A stretch of DNA of 32,000 bases from Cryobacterium sp. SO2 (GCF_026151165.2 NZ_CP117849.1:547258-579257), one strand, 5' to 3'; counted from the first letter of the stretch, positions 7,996 to 17,395 are shown. Numbers and translations: made by a program. The notes: generated from the letters alone by a model not told the origin.

Positions 7996-8595
7996 ATGTA
8001 CGAAGGAATCGTTCAGGAACTCATCGACGAGCTCGGCCGCCTGCCCGGCATCGGCCCGAAGTCGGCGCAGCGCATCGCGTTCCACATCCTGCAGACCAAG
8101 AACTTCGACGTGACCCACCTGGCGAACGTGCTGCTCGAGGTGCGCGACAAGGTGAAGTTCTGCGAGATCTGCGGCAACGTCTCCGAGCAGGACACCTGCA
8201 TGATCTGCCGCGACCCGCGCCGCAACCCCACCTCGATCTGCGTGGTCGAAGAGGCCAAGGACGTCGTCGCGATCGAGCGCACCCGCGAGTTCAAGGGCCT
8301 GTACCACGTGCTCGGCGGGGCGATCAGCCCCATCGACGGTATCGGACCCGACGATCTGCGCATCCGCCAGCTGATGACGCGCCTCGCCGACAACACCGTG
8401 CAGGAGGTGATCATCGCCACCGACCCCAACCTCGAGGGCGAGGCCACCGCCACCTACCTCTCCCGGCTGCTCACCACCCTCGAGATCAAGGTCACCCGCC
8501 TGGCCTCCGGCCTGCCCGTCGGCGGCGACCTCGAGTACGCCGACGAGGTCACCCTCGGCCGCGCCTTCGAGGGCCGCCGCACCGTCACCTCCTAG
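7996..8595 (+). CDS. recR: recombination protein RecR (199 aa)
   Basis: The ATG directly abuts the dnaX TAA. Contains the HhH motif [13 protein letters not shown], the Cys4 finger [16 protein letters not shown] and a Toprim region. Confidence 0.97.
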   Translation: MYEGIVQELIDELGRLPGIGPKSAQRIAFHILQTKNFDVTHLANVLLEVRDKVKFCEICGNVSEQDTCMICRDPRRNPTSICVVEEAKDVVAIERTREFKGLYHVLGGAISPIDGIGPDDLRIRQLMTRLADNTVQEVIIATDPNLEGEATATYLSRLLTTLEIKVTRLASGLPVGGDLEYADEVTLGRAFEGRRTVTS

Positions 8596-8664
8596 CCGCG
8601 CCCGCCCCGGCCCGGGCGCCCTGCGCCCGTCCCCGTCGCGCCCGCCGCGGCCCGGGTGCCGCGA

Positions 8665-8734
8665 CAACTGTTCCCCATGCGGACATCTGCGCCCGGTGTG
8701 CCGGCACCATTTGTCCGCTTCGGCAACACTTGTG
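8665..8734. repeat. family A nested palindrome, copy 3
   Basis: CAACTGTTCCCCATGCGGACATCTGCGCCCGGTGTGCCGGCACCATTTGTCCGCTTCGGCAACACTTGTG. Confidence 0.85.
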
Positions 8735-8805
8735 CCCGGATGCCCGGATGCCCGGATGCCCGGATGCCCGGATGCCCGGATGCCCGGATGCCCGGATGCC
8801 CGGAC
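8734..8805. repeat. octanucleotide microsatellite (GCCCGGAT) x 8 plus one variant unit
   Basis: Perfect units start at 8734, 8742, 8750, 8758, 8766, 8774, 8782 and 8790. The variant GCCCGGAC is at 8798. Confidence 0.95.
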
Positions 8806-8879
8806 GGGCACCTCGTGCGCCGCACGTCTGCCCGCATATAGCGCTCCACCGTGACACGAACCGGGCTTCTCCCCTCTAT

Positions 8880-9010
8880 GACTGGCCTATTTTGGCTAGT
8901 GCGGAGGCGCTCGCGACTAGCAAGAATGGGCCAGTCATCGAACCCGCGGAGATGACTGGCCCGGAATTGCTAGTGCGGAGGCGCTCACGACTAGCAAGAA
9001 TGGGCCAGTC
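8880..9010. repeat. family C: pair of ~57-bp hairpins (8880-8936, 8954-9010)
   Basis: The arms GACTGGCC(C/T)ATTTT(C/G)GCTAGT ... ACTAGCAAGAATGGGCCAGTC are conserved around a ~15-nt loop. The same arms recur at 25770-25910. Confidence 0.85.
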
Positions 9011-9116
9011 AGCGTCGGCGCGCGCACACTCCGTCACATGAACGACCGAGAATACGAACGCATTTAGGATGGGAACGCGGGATGTCTCCGCGTACCCGGA
9101 AGCCAGGAGTGCCCAC

Positions 9117-10412
9117 GTGAGCCTGATCGTGCAGAAGTTCGGCGGATCATCCGTTGCCGACGCCGAGAGCATCAAACGCGTCGCCAAGCGGATCGTCGAC
9201 ACCAAGAAGGCCGGCAACGACATCGTCGTGGCCGTCTCCGCGATGGGCGACTCCACCGACGAGCTCCTCGACCTCGCCCACGAGGTCACGCCCATCCCCG
9301 CGCCCCGCGAGCTCGACATGCTCCTCACCGCGGGCGAGCGCATCTCCATGGCCCTGCTCGCCATGGCCATCAAGAGCATGGGCTACGACGCCCGCTCGTT
9401 CACCGGCAGCCAGGCCGGCATGATCACGGATGCCCAGCACGGCGCCGCGCGCATCGTCGACGTCACCCCCGGCCGGCTCCGCGACGCGCTCGACGAGGGC
9501 GCCATCGTCATCGTCGCCGGCTTCCAGGGCTTCAACCGCGACACCAAAGACATCACCACCCTCGGCCGCGGCGGCTCCGACACCACGGCCGTGGCCCTGG
9601 CCGCCGCCCTCGGCGCCGACATCTGCGAGATCTACACGGATGTCGACGGCATCTTCACCGCCGACCCCCGCGTCGTGCCCAAGGCACACAAGCTCGAACG
9701 CGTCTCCAGCGAGGAGATGCTCGAACTCGCCGCCGCCGGTGCCAAGGTGCTCTATATCCGTGCCGTGGAATACGCCCGCAGGCACGGTGTCACCCTGCAC
9801 GTGCGATCCTCGTTCAACAACAACACCGGCACCATCGTCTACAACGCGGGCGCCCCCAGCCCGCTTGCCGCCGCAGTATCGAATGGAGAGACAGTGGAAG
9901 AGCCCATCATCGCGGGGGTCGCCGCCGACCTCAGCGAGGCCAAGGTCACGGTCGTCGGAGTCCCCGACATCCCCGGCAAGGCCGCGCAGATCTTCAAGAT
10001 CGTCGCCAAGACCAACGCCAACGTCGACATGATCGTGCAGAACGTGTCGGCTGCCGCCACCGGACTGACCGACATCTCGTTCACGCTGCCCAAGTCCGAG
10101 GGCCAGCGGGTGCTCACCGCGCTCACGAACGAGCAGGAGAACGTCGGCTTCGCCGGCCTCCAGTACGACGACCAGATCGGCAAGCTCGCCCTGGTCGGCG
10201 CCGGGATGCGCACCAACACCGGCGTCTCCGCCAAGCTGTTCGAGGCGCTGTTCGAGGCCGGCATCAACATCGAGATGATCTCCACCAGCGAGATCCGCAT
10301 CTCGGTCGTCACCCGCGCCGACACCATCAACCAGGCCCTGCGCGTGGTACACACTGCGTTCGGCCTCGACAGCGACGCGGATGCCGTCGTGCACGGCGGC
10401 ACCGGCCGCTAA
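9117..10412 (+). CDS. ask: aspartate kinase (431 aa)
   Basis: GTG 9117 lies 7 nt after AGGAG. Contains [19 protein letters not shown], the kinase core, and two C-terminal ACT-like regions. It lies directly upstream of asd, as in other actinobacteria. Confidence 0.93.
   Translation: MSLIVQKFGGSSVADAESIKRVAKRIVDTKKAGNDIVVAVSAMGDSTDELLDLAHEVTPIPAPRELDMLLTAGERISMALLAMAIKSMGYDARSFTGSQAGMITDAQHGAARIVDVTPGRLRDALDEGAIVIVAGFQGFNRDTKDITTLGRGGSDTTAVALAAALGADICEIYTDVDGIFTADPRVVPKAHKLERVSSEEMLELAAAGAKVLYIRAVEYARRHGVTLHVRSSFNNNTGTIVYNAGAPSPLAAAVSNGETVEEPIIAGVAADLSEAKVTVVGVPDIPGKAAQIFKIVAKTNANVDMIVQNVSAAATGLTDISFTLPKSEGQRVLTALTNEQENVGFAGLQYDDQIGKLALVGAGMRTNTGVSAKLFEALFEAGINIEMISTSEIRISVVTRADTINQALRVVHTAFGLDSDADAVVHGGTGR
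9894..10412 (+). CDS. putative in-frame aspartate kinase beta subunit (172 aa) from an internal start
   Basis: An in-frame GTG at 9894 follows GGAGAG (9885-9890). The product starts [23 protein letters not shown], which parallels the nested lysC-beta known in Corynebacterium and Mycobacterium. Confidence 0.45.
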   Translation: MEEPIIAGVAADLSEAKVTVVGVPDIPGKAAQIFKIVAKTNANVDMIVQNVSAAATGLTDISFTLPKSEGQRVLTALTNEQENVGFAGLQYDDQIGKLALVGAGMRTNTGVSAKLFEALFEAGINIEMISTSEIRISVVTRADTINQALRVVHTAFGLDSDADAVVHGGTGR

Positions 10413-10486
10413 GCCGCGAACCACGCCCGGCCGCGCCCGCCCGGCAGCTGCTCCCCGAGCATCCGCCCCGAGGGTCCCGCGGCGAC

Positions 10487-10556
10487 CAACTGTTCCCGAA
10501 GCGGACATTTACGCCCGGTACGCCGGGACCATTTGTCCGCATCGGCAACAGTTGCG
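10487..10556. repeat. family A nested palindrome, copy 4
   Basis: CAACTGTTCCCGAAGCGGACATTTACGCCCGGTACGCCGGGACCATTTGTCCGCATCGGCAACAGTTGCG. Confidence 0.85.
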
Positions 10557-10608
10557 CACCGGGCATCCACGCCAGGCCGAACCACCAGCCCCACCCCGTT
10601 CCACGGCA

Positions 10609-10683
10609 TAACTCCTGCACTTTCTGCCAAAAACAGCCGTTTGGCCCGGTTTCCGCGCCGAACGGGGAGAATTGCAGGAGTTA
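10609..10683 (+). ncRNA. unique ~75-nt structured element in the ask-asd spacer (candidate cis-regulatory RNA or sRNA)
   Basis: A perfect 11-bp closing stem TAACTCCTGCA (10609-10619) / TGCAGGAGTTA (10673-10683) encloses two smaller hairpins (GCCAAA/TTTGGC and CCCGGTT/AACGGGG). It is locally AT-richer and I did not see it elsewhere in the window. Confidence 0.3.
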
Positions 10684-10688
10684 CGCGC

Positions 10689-10767
10689 ACACCCGGCATG
10701 AGACACCCGGCACGAGACACCCCGGCACCACGAGACACCCCGGCATCACAGACACCCCGGCACGAGA
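10689..10767 (+). repeat. five degenerate direct repeats ACACCC(C)GGCA(n)GAG, period 14-18 bp, just upstream of asd
   Basis: Units start at 10689, 10703, 10717, 10735 and 10752. The array ends 24 bp before the asd GTG. Confidence 0.8.
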
Positions 10768-10772
10768 TTTGA

Positions 10773-11888
<1,116 letters not shown>

Positions 11889-11938
11889 TTTGCGCGCACT
11901 GAACCGTCACGCCTCCCGACTCCACTAGTCTCGGAACA

Positions 11939-12717
11939 ATGGAGACCATCAGGGGTGCGACTGCGGCGCGGCGACTGGTTTTCGGCATCTTCGCCGTCAT
12001 AGCAGCGGTGCTCATCGTGCGCGCCGTGATCGCGTTCGGCGCGGCCTCCCCGCAGCTGTGGCTGATCGCCACGGTCGGGGTGCTCTGCGCCGGCCTGCTC
12101 GACATGCCGCGGTTCCGGCTCGGCCGGCTGCCGCACCAAACCCCCGTGATCAGCCTGCCCATCGTGGTGATGCTCGCCCTGGCGCCCGCATTCACCCCGT
12201 GGACCGCCCTGGGGCTCACCTGCCTGGGCGTGCTGGCCTTCGTGCTCGTGCGCAGCCGCCGCCCCGAGATCGCCCTCTTCGCCTCCGGCGTCGTCGGCGT
12301 CGGCGGCATCGCGGCGATCGGCGTGCAGACCGCGCTGCAGGCGGCCGGGCTGCCCCTCGCAGTGGTGGTGGCCGGCGCCGCGCTCGGCTACCAGGTCACG
12401 GTCATCGTCATCGAGGGCCTGCGCCGGCATTTCGACAAGCACGGCGAGATCACGGATGCGCCGTACTCCGTGCCCCGGGTGCTCGTCATCGTGCTCGGCT
12501 ACGCCCTGCTCTGCGGCTCCATCGCCGTGTGGCCGCATCCGTTCATCGAAATGCGCACCAGCACCATCGAGGTGGCGGCCACGCTCTTGCCGCTCGCCGT
12601 CGTCGGCACCGGCGCGATCCTCATCATCCGGGCCATGGCCATGCGCCGTCGCCTTGCCGGCGTCGTGGCCGGCGTGATCGACCTCAACGCCACCAACCAC
12701 TACACCCACGCCGGGGA
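11939..12717 (+). CDS. polytopic membrane domain; probable 5' part of the downstream GGDEF-EAL gene, interrupted by a frameshift
   Basis: ATG 11939. About 260 aa of convincing TM-helix sequence runs up to ...GVIDLNATNHYTHAGE. After about 12718 the same frame turns into Arg/Ser/Pro-rich nonsense, with its stop only at 13156. Confidence 0.6.
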
Positions 12718-14337
12718 GTGGTCACGCCCATCGTCATCGGCCCGGCCAGCACCAGCGCCGACCTCGCCACCGTGCTGCTGCACGCGGTCTCCGACACCAT
12801 CGGCGTCGAATCGGTCAGTATCCGCCACGACCCGGCCGGCCGCGGCGAGATCGACGCCCCGCTGGCGATCAGCGTGCTCGGCGGCCAGTACCTGGTGGCC
12901 CGCCGCGACGTCATGGACGTGCCGTTCACCCGCGACGACCGCCGCGCCCTCGAGGCCCTCGCGCACACCGCCGACGTGGTCTTCACCGCCAGGGAGAGCA
13001 TCGGCGGGCTCACCATCCGCGCCAACACCGACCCGCTCACCGGCCTGCCCAACTACGGCGCCTTCCAGGATGCCCTGGCCAACATCAACGACCACCGCGA
13101 CTACTCCGAGGCCCTCGCGGTGCTCTTCATCGACCTCGACGACTTCAAACGGATGAACGACCGTTACGGCCACCAGGCCGGCGACGAGATCCTCAGCGAA
13201 CTCGGTCGCCGCCTCAGCGCCGTGGTGCGCCCCTACGACGTCGTCGCCCGGGTCGGCGGCGACGAGTTCGTCGTCATCCTCACCCGGCTGTCCTCCCTCG
13301 CCGAGGCCAAGCTGCTCGCCGAACGCATCATGGAGGCCTCCGGCGAACCGCTCCCGGTGAGCGGCTCCGTGATCAACCCGATCCTCAGCATCGGCCTGGC
13401 CTACTCCGCGCACCGCGAGACGGATGTCAACCAGCTGCTCCGCGACGCCGACCGCAGCATGCTCGCCATCAAGAAGTCCCGCCGCCGGGGCGGCCCGGCC
13501 AATGAGAGCAGCATCAACATCTCCGGGCACCGTTCCTCGCAGATGAACGACATCGTGGCCCGCGCCATCGACGAGGACCTGCTCGAACTCGCGTTCCAGC
13601 CCATCGTCAGCTTGGTCACCGGTCAGATCTGGGCGTTCGAGGCCCTGGTGCGCTACACCGACCCGGAGCTCGGGCCGCTGTCGCCGCCGTCGCTCGTGGA
13701 GAAGGCCAAGAGCCTGGGCCGGCTCGACGCGCTCACCCGCCAGGTGGCGCTCAAGGCCATGGCCGCCGCCGCGGACTTCCGTCTGATCGAACCGCGCATC
13801 GTCTGCATGACCATCAACGTCGAAGCCGGCCAGATCCTGCCGCAGCGCGTCGGGTCCTTCGTGGAAGAGCTCGCCGAACGCTACCCCGGCATCTCCCTCT
13901 GCCTCGAACTCAACGAGCGGTCCGTCGCCCGGGTGTCCACTGCCGTGCGCGCGCAGGCCGACCACCTCCGCGACATCGGCATCATGATCGCCCTCGACGA
14001 CTACGGCTCCCAGGACTCCTCCGTCGACGCGTTGGTGCGGATGCCGATGGACATCCTCAAGATCGACAAGAGCCTCGTCGACGACCTCGACGACGTGCGC
14101 CAGCGCGAGGTGCTCACGGCGCTGCAGGGTTTCGGTGACAACCTCGAGTACTCGATGATCGTCGAAGGCGTCGAGAACGAGGCGATGGCCGACCACCTCA
14201 CCTCGCTCGGCATCCGCAGCGCCCAGGGCTTCCACTACGGGGTGCCGCGCAGCTTCGAGAAGACCCTGGCCCGCCTGGAGGAATTCGGCGCAGACGCCGT
14301 GCTGCCCGTGCGCGCCGCGTCTGAGCTGCCGCTCTAG
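12718..14337 (+). CDS. GAF-like / GGDEF / EAL protein (diguanylate cyclase-phosphodiesterase, 539 aa from GTG 12718)
   Basis: The frame differs from the upstream membrane part. An I-site RPYD sits 5 aa before GGDEF (VARVGGDEFVVIL). The EAL signatures FEALVRY, DDYGSQDSS, KIDKSLV, EGVE and QGFHYG are present. Confidence 0.85.
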   Translation: MVTPIVIGPASTSADLATVLLHAVSDTIGVESVSIRHDPAGRGEIDAPLAISVLGGQYLVARRDVMDVPFTRDDRRALEALAHTADVVFTARESIGGLTIRANTDPLTGLPNYGAFQDALANINDHRDYSEALAVLFIDLDDFKRMNDRYGHQAGDEILSELGRRLSAVVRPYDVVARVGGDEFVVILTRLSSLAEAKLLAERIMEASGEPLPVSGSVINPILSIGLAYSAHRETDVNQLLRDADRSMLAIKKSRRRGGPANESSINISGHRSSQMNDIVARAIDEDLLELAFQPIVSLVTGQIWAFEALVRYTDPELGPLSPPSLVEKAKSLGRLDALTRQVALKAMAAAADFRLIEPRIVCMTINVEAGQILPQRVGSFVEELAERYPGISLCLELNERSVARVSTAVRAQADHLRDIGIMIALDDYGSQDSSVDALVRMPMDILKIDKSLVDDLDDVRQREVLTALQGFGDNLEYSMIVEGVENEAMADHLTSLGIRSAQGFHYGVPRSFEKTLARLEEFGADAVLPVRAASELPL

Positions 14338-14354
14338 AACGCTAGGGTCGCACT

Positions 14355-16016
14355 ATGGTCGAGCACACTTCGAGGATGCCCCGTGCGGGCGTGCGTGAGC
14401 GCGTCGAGCGCAGCGTTTTCCTCTCCCAGCTGCTGCTCGCCGCTGCCGTGCTGCTCCTTGTGGGCGTCTCCGTGCTCACCCGGCCGGTCATGTTCGCCGA
14501 CCCGCTGTACTTCCTCGGCGTGATGATCATCTTCGCCGCCACCGGCATGGCCGCCGCGGTGCCGTGGCGCCGGTTCCCCAAGATCTACATCGTCGTGCTG
14601 CCGCTGCTGGACATCCTGGGCCTCACGGTGGCCCGCATCGCCGAACCCAATCTCGGTGTGAGCTTCCTGCTCGTGTTCCCGGTGATCTGGATGTCCACCC
14701 ACTTCGGCCAGGCCGGCGCCACCGGCAGCGTCGTCTTCTCCGCCCTGCTGCTCTGGGCCGGCCTGCCGATGCGGTTCCTCACCGACCCGCTCAACGCCAG
14801 CGGGTACGCCACCACCCAGGCGCCGCTGCTGGCCGTGGTGACGATCATGCTCGCCTTCGTCGCCTCCGTCACCTACACCTCCACCCGCCGCGGCCAGGCC
14901 CAGCGGGTGCTGCTCACCCAGCAGGCCGGTCTGTTCGAGACCGCGCTGCAGCGCTCGCGCCGCCAGGAGCAGACCCTCGACGAGATCTTCAATGCCGTGG
15001 ACTTCGGTGTGGTCGGTTACGACCGCGACGCCAGGGTCAACTTCATGAACCGGGCCCAGCGGATGCTGCTCAGCCGCTACGGCGTGAGCGACGGTATCGG
15101 CCTGGCCGAGATCGTCTTCAAGGAAGACGGCGTCACCCCCTACCCGGAGCACGAGCGGCCCACCCATCGCGCCATGCGCGGGGAGACCGTGGACAGGGTC
15201 ACCGTGTGGCTGGGCTCGCCCGACCAGCAGCAGTCCGCCATCCTCATCTCGGCCCGGCCCATCAACGACCCCAGCGGCCGCTTCGACGGCGGCGTCCTGG
15301 TCAGCCGTGACGTCACCGCCGAGGTGCGGGCGGTCAAGGCCAGGGACGACCTCGTCGCCTCCGTCTCGCACGAGCTGCGCACCCCGCTCACCTCGATTCT
15401 CGGCTACCTCGAGCTGGCCCTCGACGATGAGCGGGTCGACCCCGACACCCGGCGGATGCTCGAGATCGCGTCGAAGAACGCCGACCGGCTGCTCGAGATC
15501 GTGTCGGGCCTGCTCACCGCGGCGAGCGCATCCAACGAAGGCTTGGCGCTCAACCTGGAACCCTGCGACATCGCCGCCATCCTCACCGAGGCGGTGGAGT
15601 CCGCGGTGCCGCTGGCCTCGCAGCGCAGCATCCGCTTGGAACTGGGCCACCTGCCCGAGCTCAGCGTCGTCGCCGACGCGTTCCGGCTGCGCCAGGTGAT
15701 CGACAACGTGCTCTCCAATGCGATCAAGTACAACGTGGACTCCGGCACGGTGAGCGTGAGCATGCGGGAGGTCGCCTTCGGCCTCGAGGTGCGGGTCACC
15801 GACACAGGCCGGGGCATGAGCGAAGACGAACAGGGCAACCTCTTCGACAGGTTCTACCGCGCCGACTCGGTGCGCGGCTCCAGCGTGCACGGCACTGGAC
15901 TGGGCTTGAACATCAGCCGCGAGATCATGCGTGAGCACGGCGGAGACCTGCGGTTGGAATCCGTCAAGGGCAAGGGGACGACGGCGATCGCCACGCTCCC
16001 GGTGAACAGAGGTTGA
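14355..16016 (+). CDS. membrane PAS sensor histidine kinase (553 aa)
   Basis: N-terminal TM helices, a PAS-like segment, the H-box SVSHELRTPLTSILGYLEL, and ATPase motifs NAIKYN, DTGRGM and GTGLGLNISREI. It starts 17 bp after the upstream stop. Confidence 0.88.
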   Translation: MVEHTSRMPRAGVRERVERSVFLSQLLLAAAVLLLVGVSVLTRPVMFADPLYFLGVMIIFAATGMAAAVPWRRFPKIYIVVLPLLDILGLTVARIAEPNLGVSFLLVFPVIWMSTHFGQAGATGSVVFSALLLWAGLPMRFLTDPLNASGYATTQAPLLAVVTIMLAFVASVTYTSTRRGQAQRVLLTQQAGLFETALQRSRRQEQTLDEIFNAVDFGVVGYDRDARVNFMNRAQRMLLSRYGVSDGIGLAEIVFKEDGVTPYPEHERPTHRAMRGETVDRVTVWLGSPDQQQSAILISARPINDPSGRFDGGVLVSRDVTAEVRAVKARDDLVASVSHELRTPLTSILGYLELALDDERVDPDTRRMLEIASKNADRLLEIVSGLLTAASASNEGLALNLEPCDIAAILTEAVESAVPLASQRSIRLELGHLPELSVVADAFRLRQVIDNVLSNAIKYNVDSGTVSVSMREVAFGLEVRVTDTGRGMSEDEQGNLFDRFYRADSVRGSSVHGTGLGLNISREIMREHGGDLRLESVKGKGTTAIATLPVNRG

Positions 16017-16047
16017 GCGTGGTCTGCCACGCCCGACAGGGGGAAAA

Positions 16048-17220
16048 ATGCTGTTAGACGGACCGACCCTGCAAATGCTGAGCGGCCTGATCGTCATCCT
16101 GTGCGGGGTGTCATTCATCTTCAACACGGCGCTCAACCGCAACGACCCGCCCGGCCGGCTGTGGAGCCTGGCGTTCGTGGCGGGCATGATGGTGGCCGTC
16201 GGCTACGGCGTCTACATCGTCAGCGCGGATGCGTGGTGGTCGATCACCGTCGCCAACACCAGCTTGGTCATCGCCGTCGGCGCGCTCTGGAGCGGCTCCC
16301 GGGTGTACAACCTCCGCAGCTCCGGCTTCCTCGTAGTTGGCAGCCTCTCGGCGGTCGTGGGTGTCATCACCCTCGCGGCCGGCCCGGACGGCGGCGAATG
16401 GGCCGGAGCCGGCCCCCTCTGGCTGGTGGTGGCCGCGATGGGCGCCCTCGGCGGCTACGAGGCCCTCCGCGGCCGGTTGCGCCGCAACGTGAACGGACGC
16501 ATCCTCTCGATCGTGCTCTTCGTCGTGGCCGTGTTCTACGCGGCCCGGGCGGTCGAGTTCTTCGTCGCCGGCGTCGACAGCCCCACCTTCCTCGCCTACT
16601 TCGACTCCGGCACTACCTCCATCCTCAACATGGCGCTCATCGTCACGGCGTGCATCGCCGTGTCGATCCTGCGTGCAGAGGGTGTCGGCAGCAGCGCCGT
16701 CGGCGACATCACGGTGGGCATCCACTCCGCAGCCGGCGTGCTCTCGGCCACGTCGTTCCGGCAGGCCGCCGCCGACCACCTGGAGCGGGGCAAACGCTCC
16801 CAGCTCGGCCTGGCCCTGATCGGCGCCGACATCGACAACCTGCCCGAGATCAACACGGCGTTCGGCCGGTCCGCCGGCGACGAGGCCATCGCCCGCTTCG
16901 CCGACACGCTGCGCAGCAGTGCGCCGCTGCTCGCGCAGATCGGGCACCCGGCCGCCGGCCGGTTCTTCGTGCTCGCCGCGGTCGGCTCCGCCTCCGAGGC
17001 TCGCACGATCACCGAGCGCATCCAGAACGCCCTCGTGGACGGCCCGCTGGGGGAGTCGTACCAGATCCGCCTCACGGCGAGTTTCGGCATCGCGGACACC
17101 TTCGACCACGGCTACGACCTCGCCGAGCTCACCGAGGCGACGACCCTGGCGATCGGCATCGTCAAGCAGCGCGGCGGCAACGACATCGCCGTCGTCACCG
17201 AGGCCGCCAACCCGGTCTAG
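16048..17220 (+). CDS. membrane protein with a degenerate GGDEF domain (390 aa)
   Basis: ATG follows AGGGGGA. The first ~210 aa are polytopic, followed by a GGDEF fold (LALIGADIDNLPEINTAFGRSAGDEAI...). The signature reads AAGRFF (about 16951-16968) and no RxxD I-site is present. Confidence 0.8.
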   Translation: MLLDGPTLQMLSGLIVILCGVSFIFNTALNRNDPPGRLWSLAFVAGMMVAVGYGVYIVSADAWWSITVANTSLVIAVGALWSGSRVYNLRSSGFLVVGSLSAVVGVITLAAGPDGGEWAGAGPLWLVVAAMGALGGYEALRGRLRRNVNGRILSIVLFVVAVFYAARAVEFFVAGVDSPTFLAYFDSGTTSILNMALIVTACIAVSILRAEGVGSSAVGDITVGIHSAAGVLSATSFRQAAADHLERGKRSQLGLALIGADIDNLPEINTAFGRSAGDEAIARFADTLRSSAPLLAQIGHPAAGRFFVLAAVGSASEARTITERIQNALVDGPLGESYQIRLTASFGIADTFDHGYDLAELTEATTLAIGIVKQRGGNDIAVVTEAANPV

Positions 17221-17233
17221 CGATGCGCCCGCC

Positions 17234-17304
17234 CGCTGGTTGAGCGTGTCGAAACCCGGTGACCCGCCCGCTGGTTGAGCCTGTCGAAACCCGGTGAGCC
17301 GTCA
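17234..17304. repeat. family D tandem array, 2 x 35 bp (CGCTGGTTGAGC(G/C)TGTCGAAACCCGGTGA)
   Basis: Units start at 17234 and 17269, between convergent genes. Confidence 0.85.
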
Positions 17305-17315
17305 CGGCCCACGTT

Positions 17316-17392
17316 CGTCTCCGCGGCCTGTCCTTATCCCGGCGGCACGAGTTACAACGCGTGCCGCGGGGCCCAACGAGTGCCGCGAGGGC
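17316..17392. repeat. family E structured repeat, copy 1
   Basis: GTCTCCGCGGCC...CGGCGGCACGAGTTACAACGCGTGCCGCGGGGCCCAACGAGTGCCGCGAGGG aligns with 27331-27405. It contains a GGCACGnGTT/AACGCGTGCC hairpin. Confidence 0.75.
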
Positions 17393-17395
17393 CGG

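Noticed and set aside
8656-9041. Small ORFs 8656..8841 and 8730..9041, which encode ...ARMPGCPDARMPGCPD... peptides.
   Set aside because: They are translations of the family A element, the octamer array and the family C hairpins. There is no RBS, and the array unit (8 bp) is not codon-periodic.
8806-9116. Lysine (L-box) riboswitch or other known leader upstream of ask.
   Set aside because: I recognise no L-box-like conserved helices. Only a 10-bp hairpin (about 9071-9098) and the family C repeats are present.
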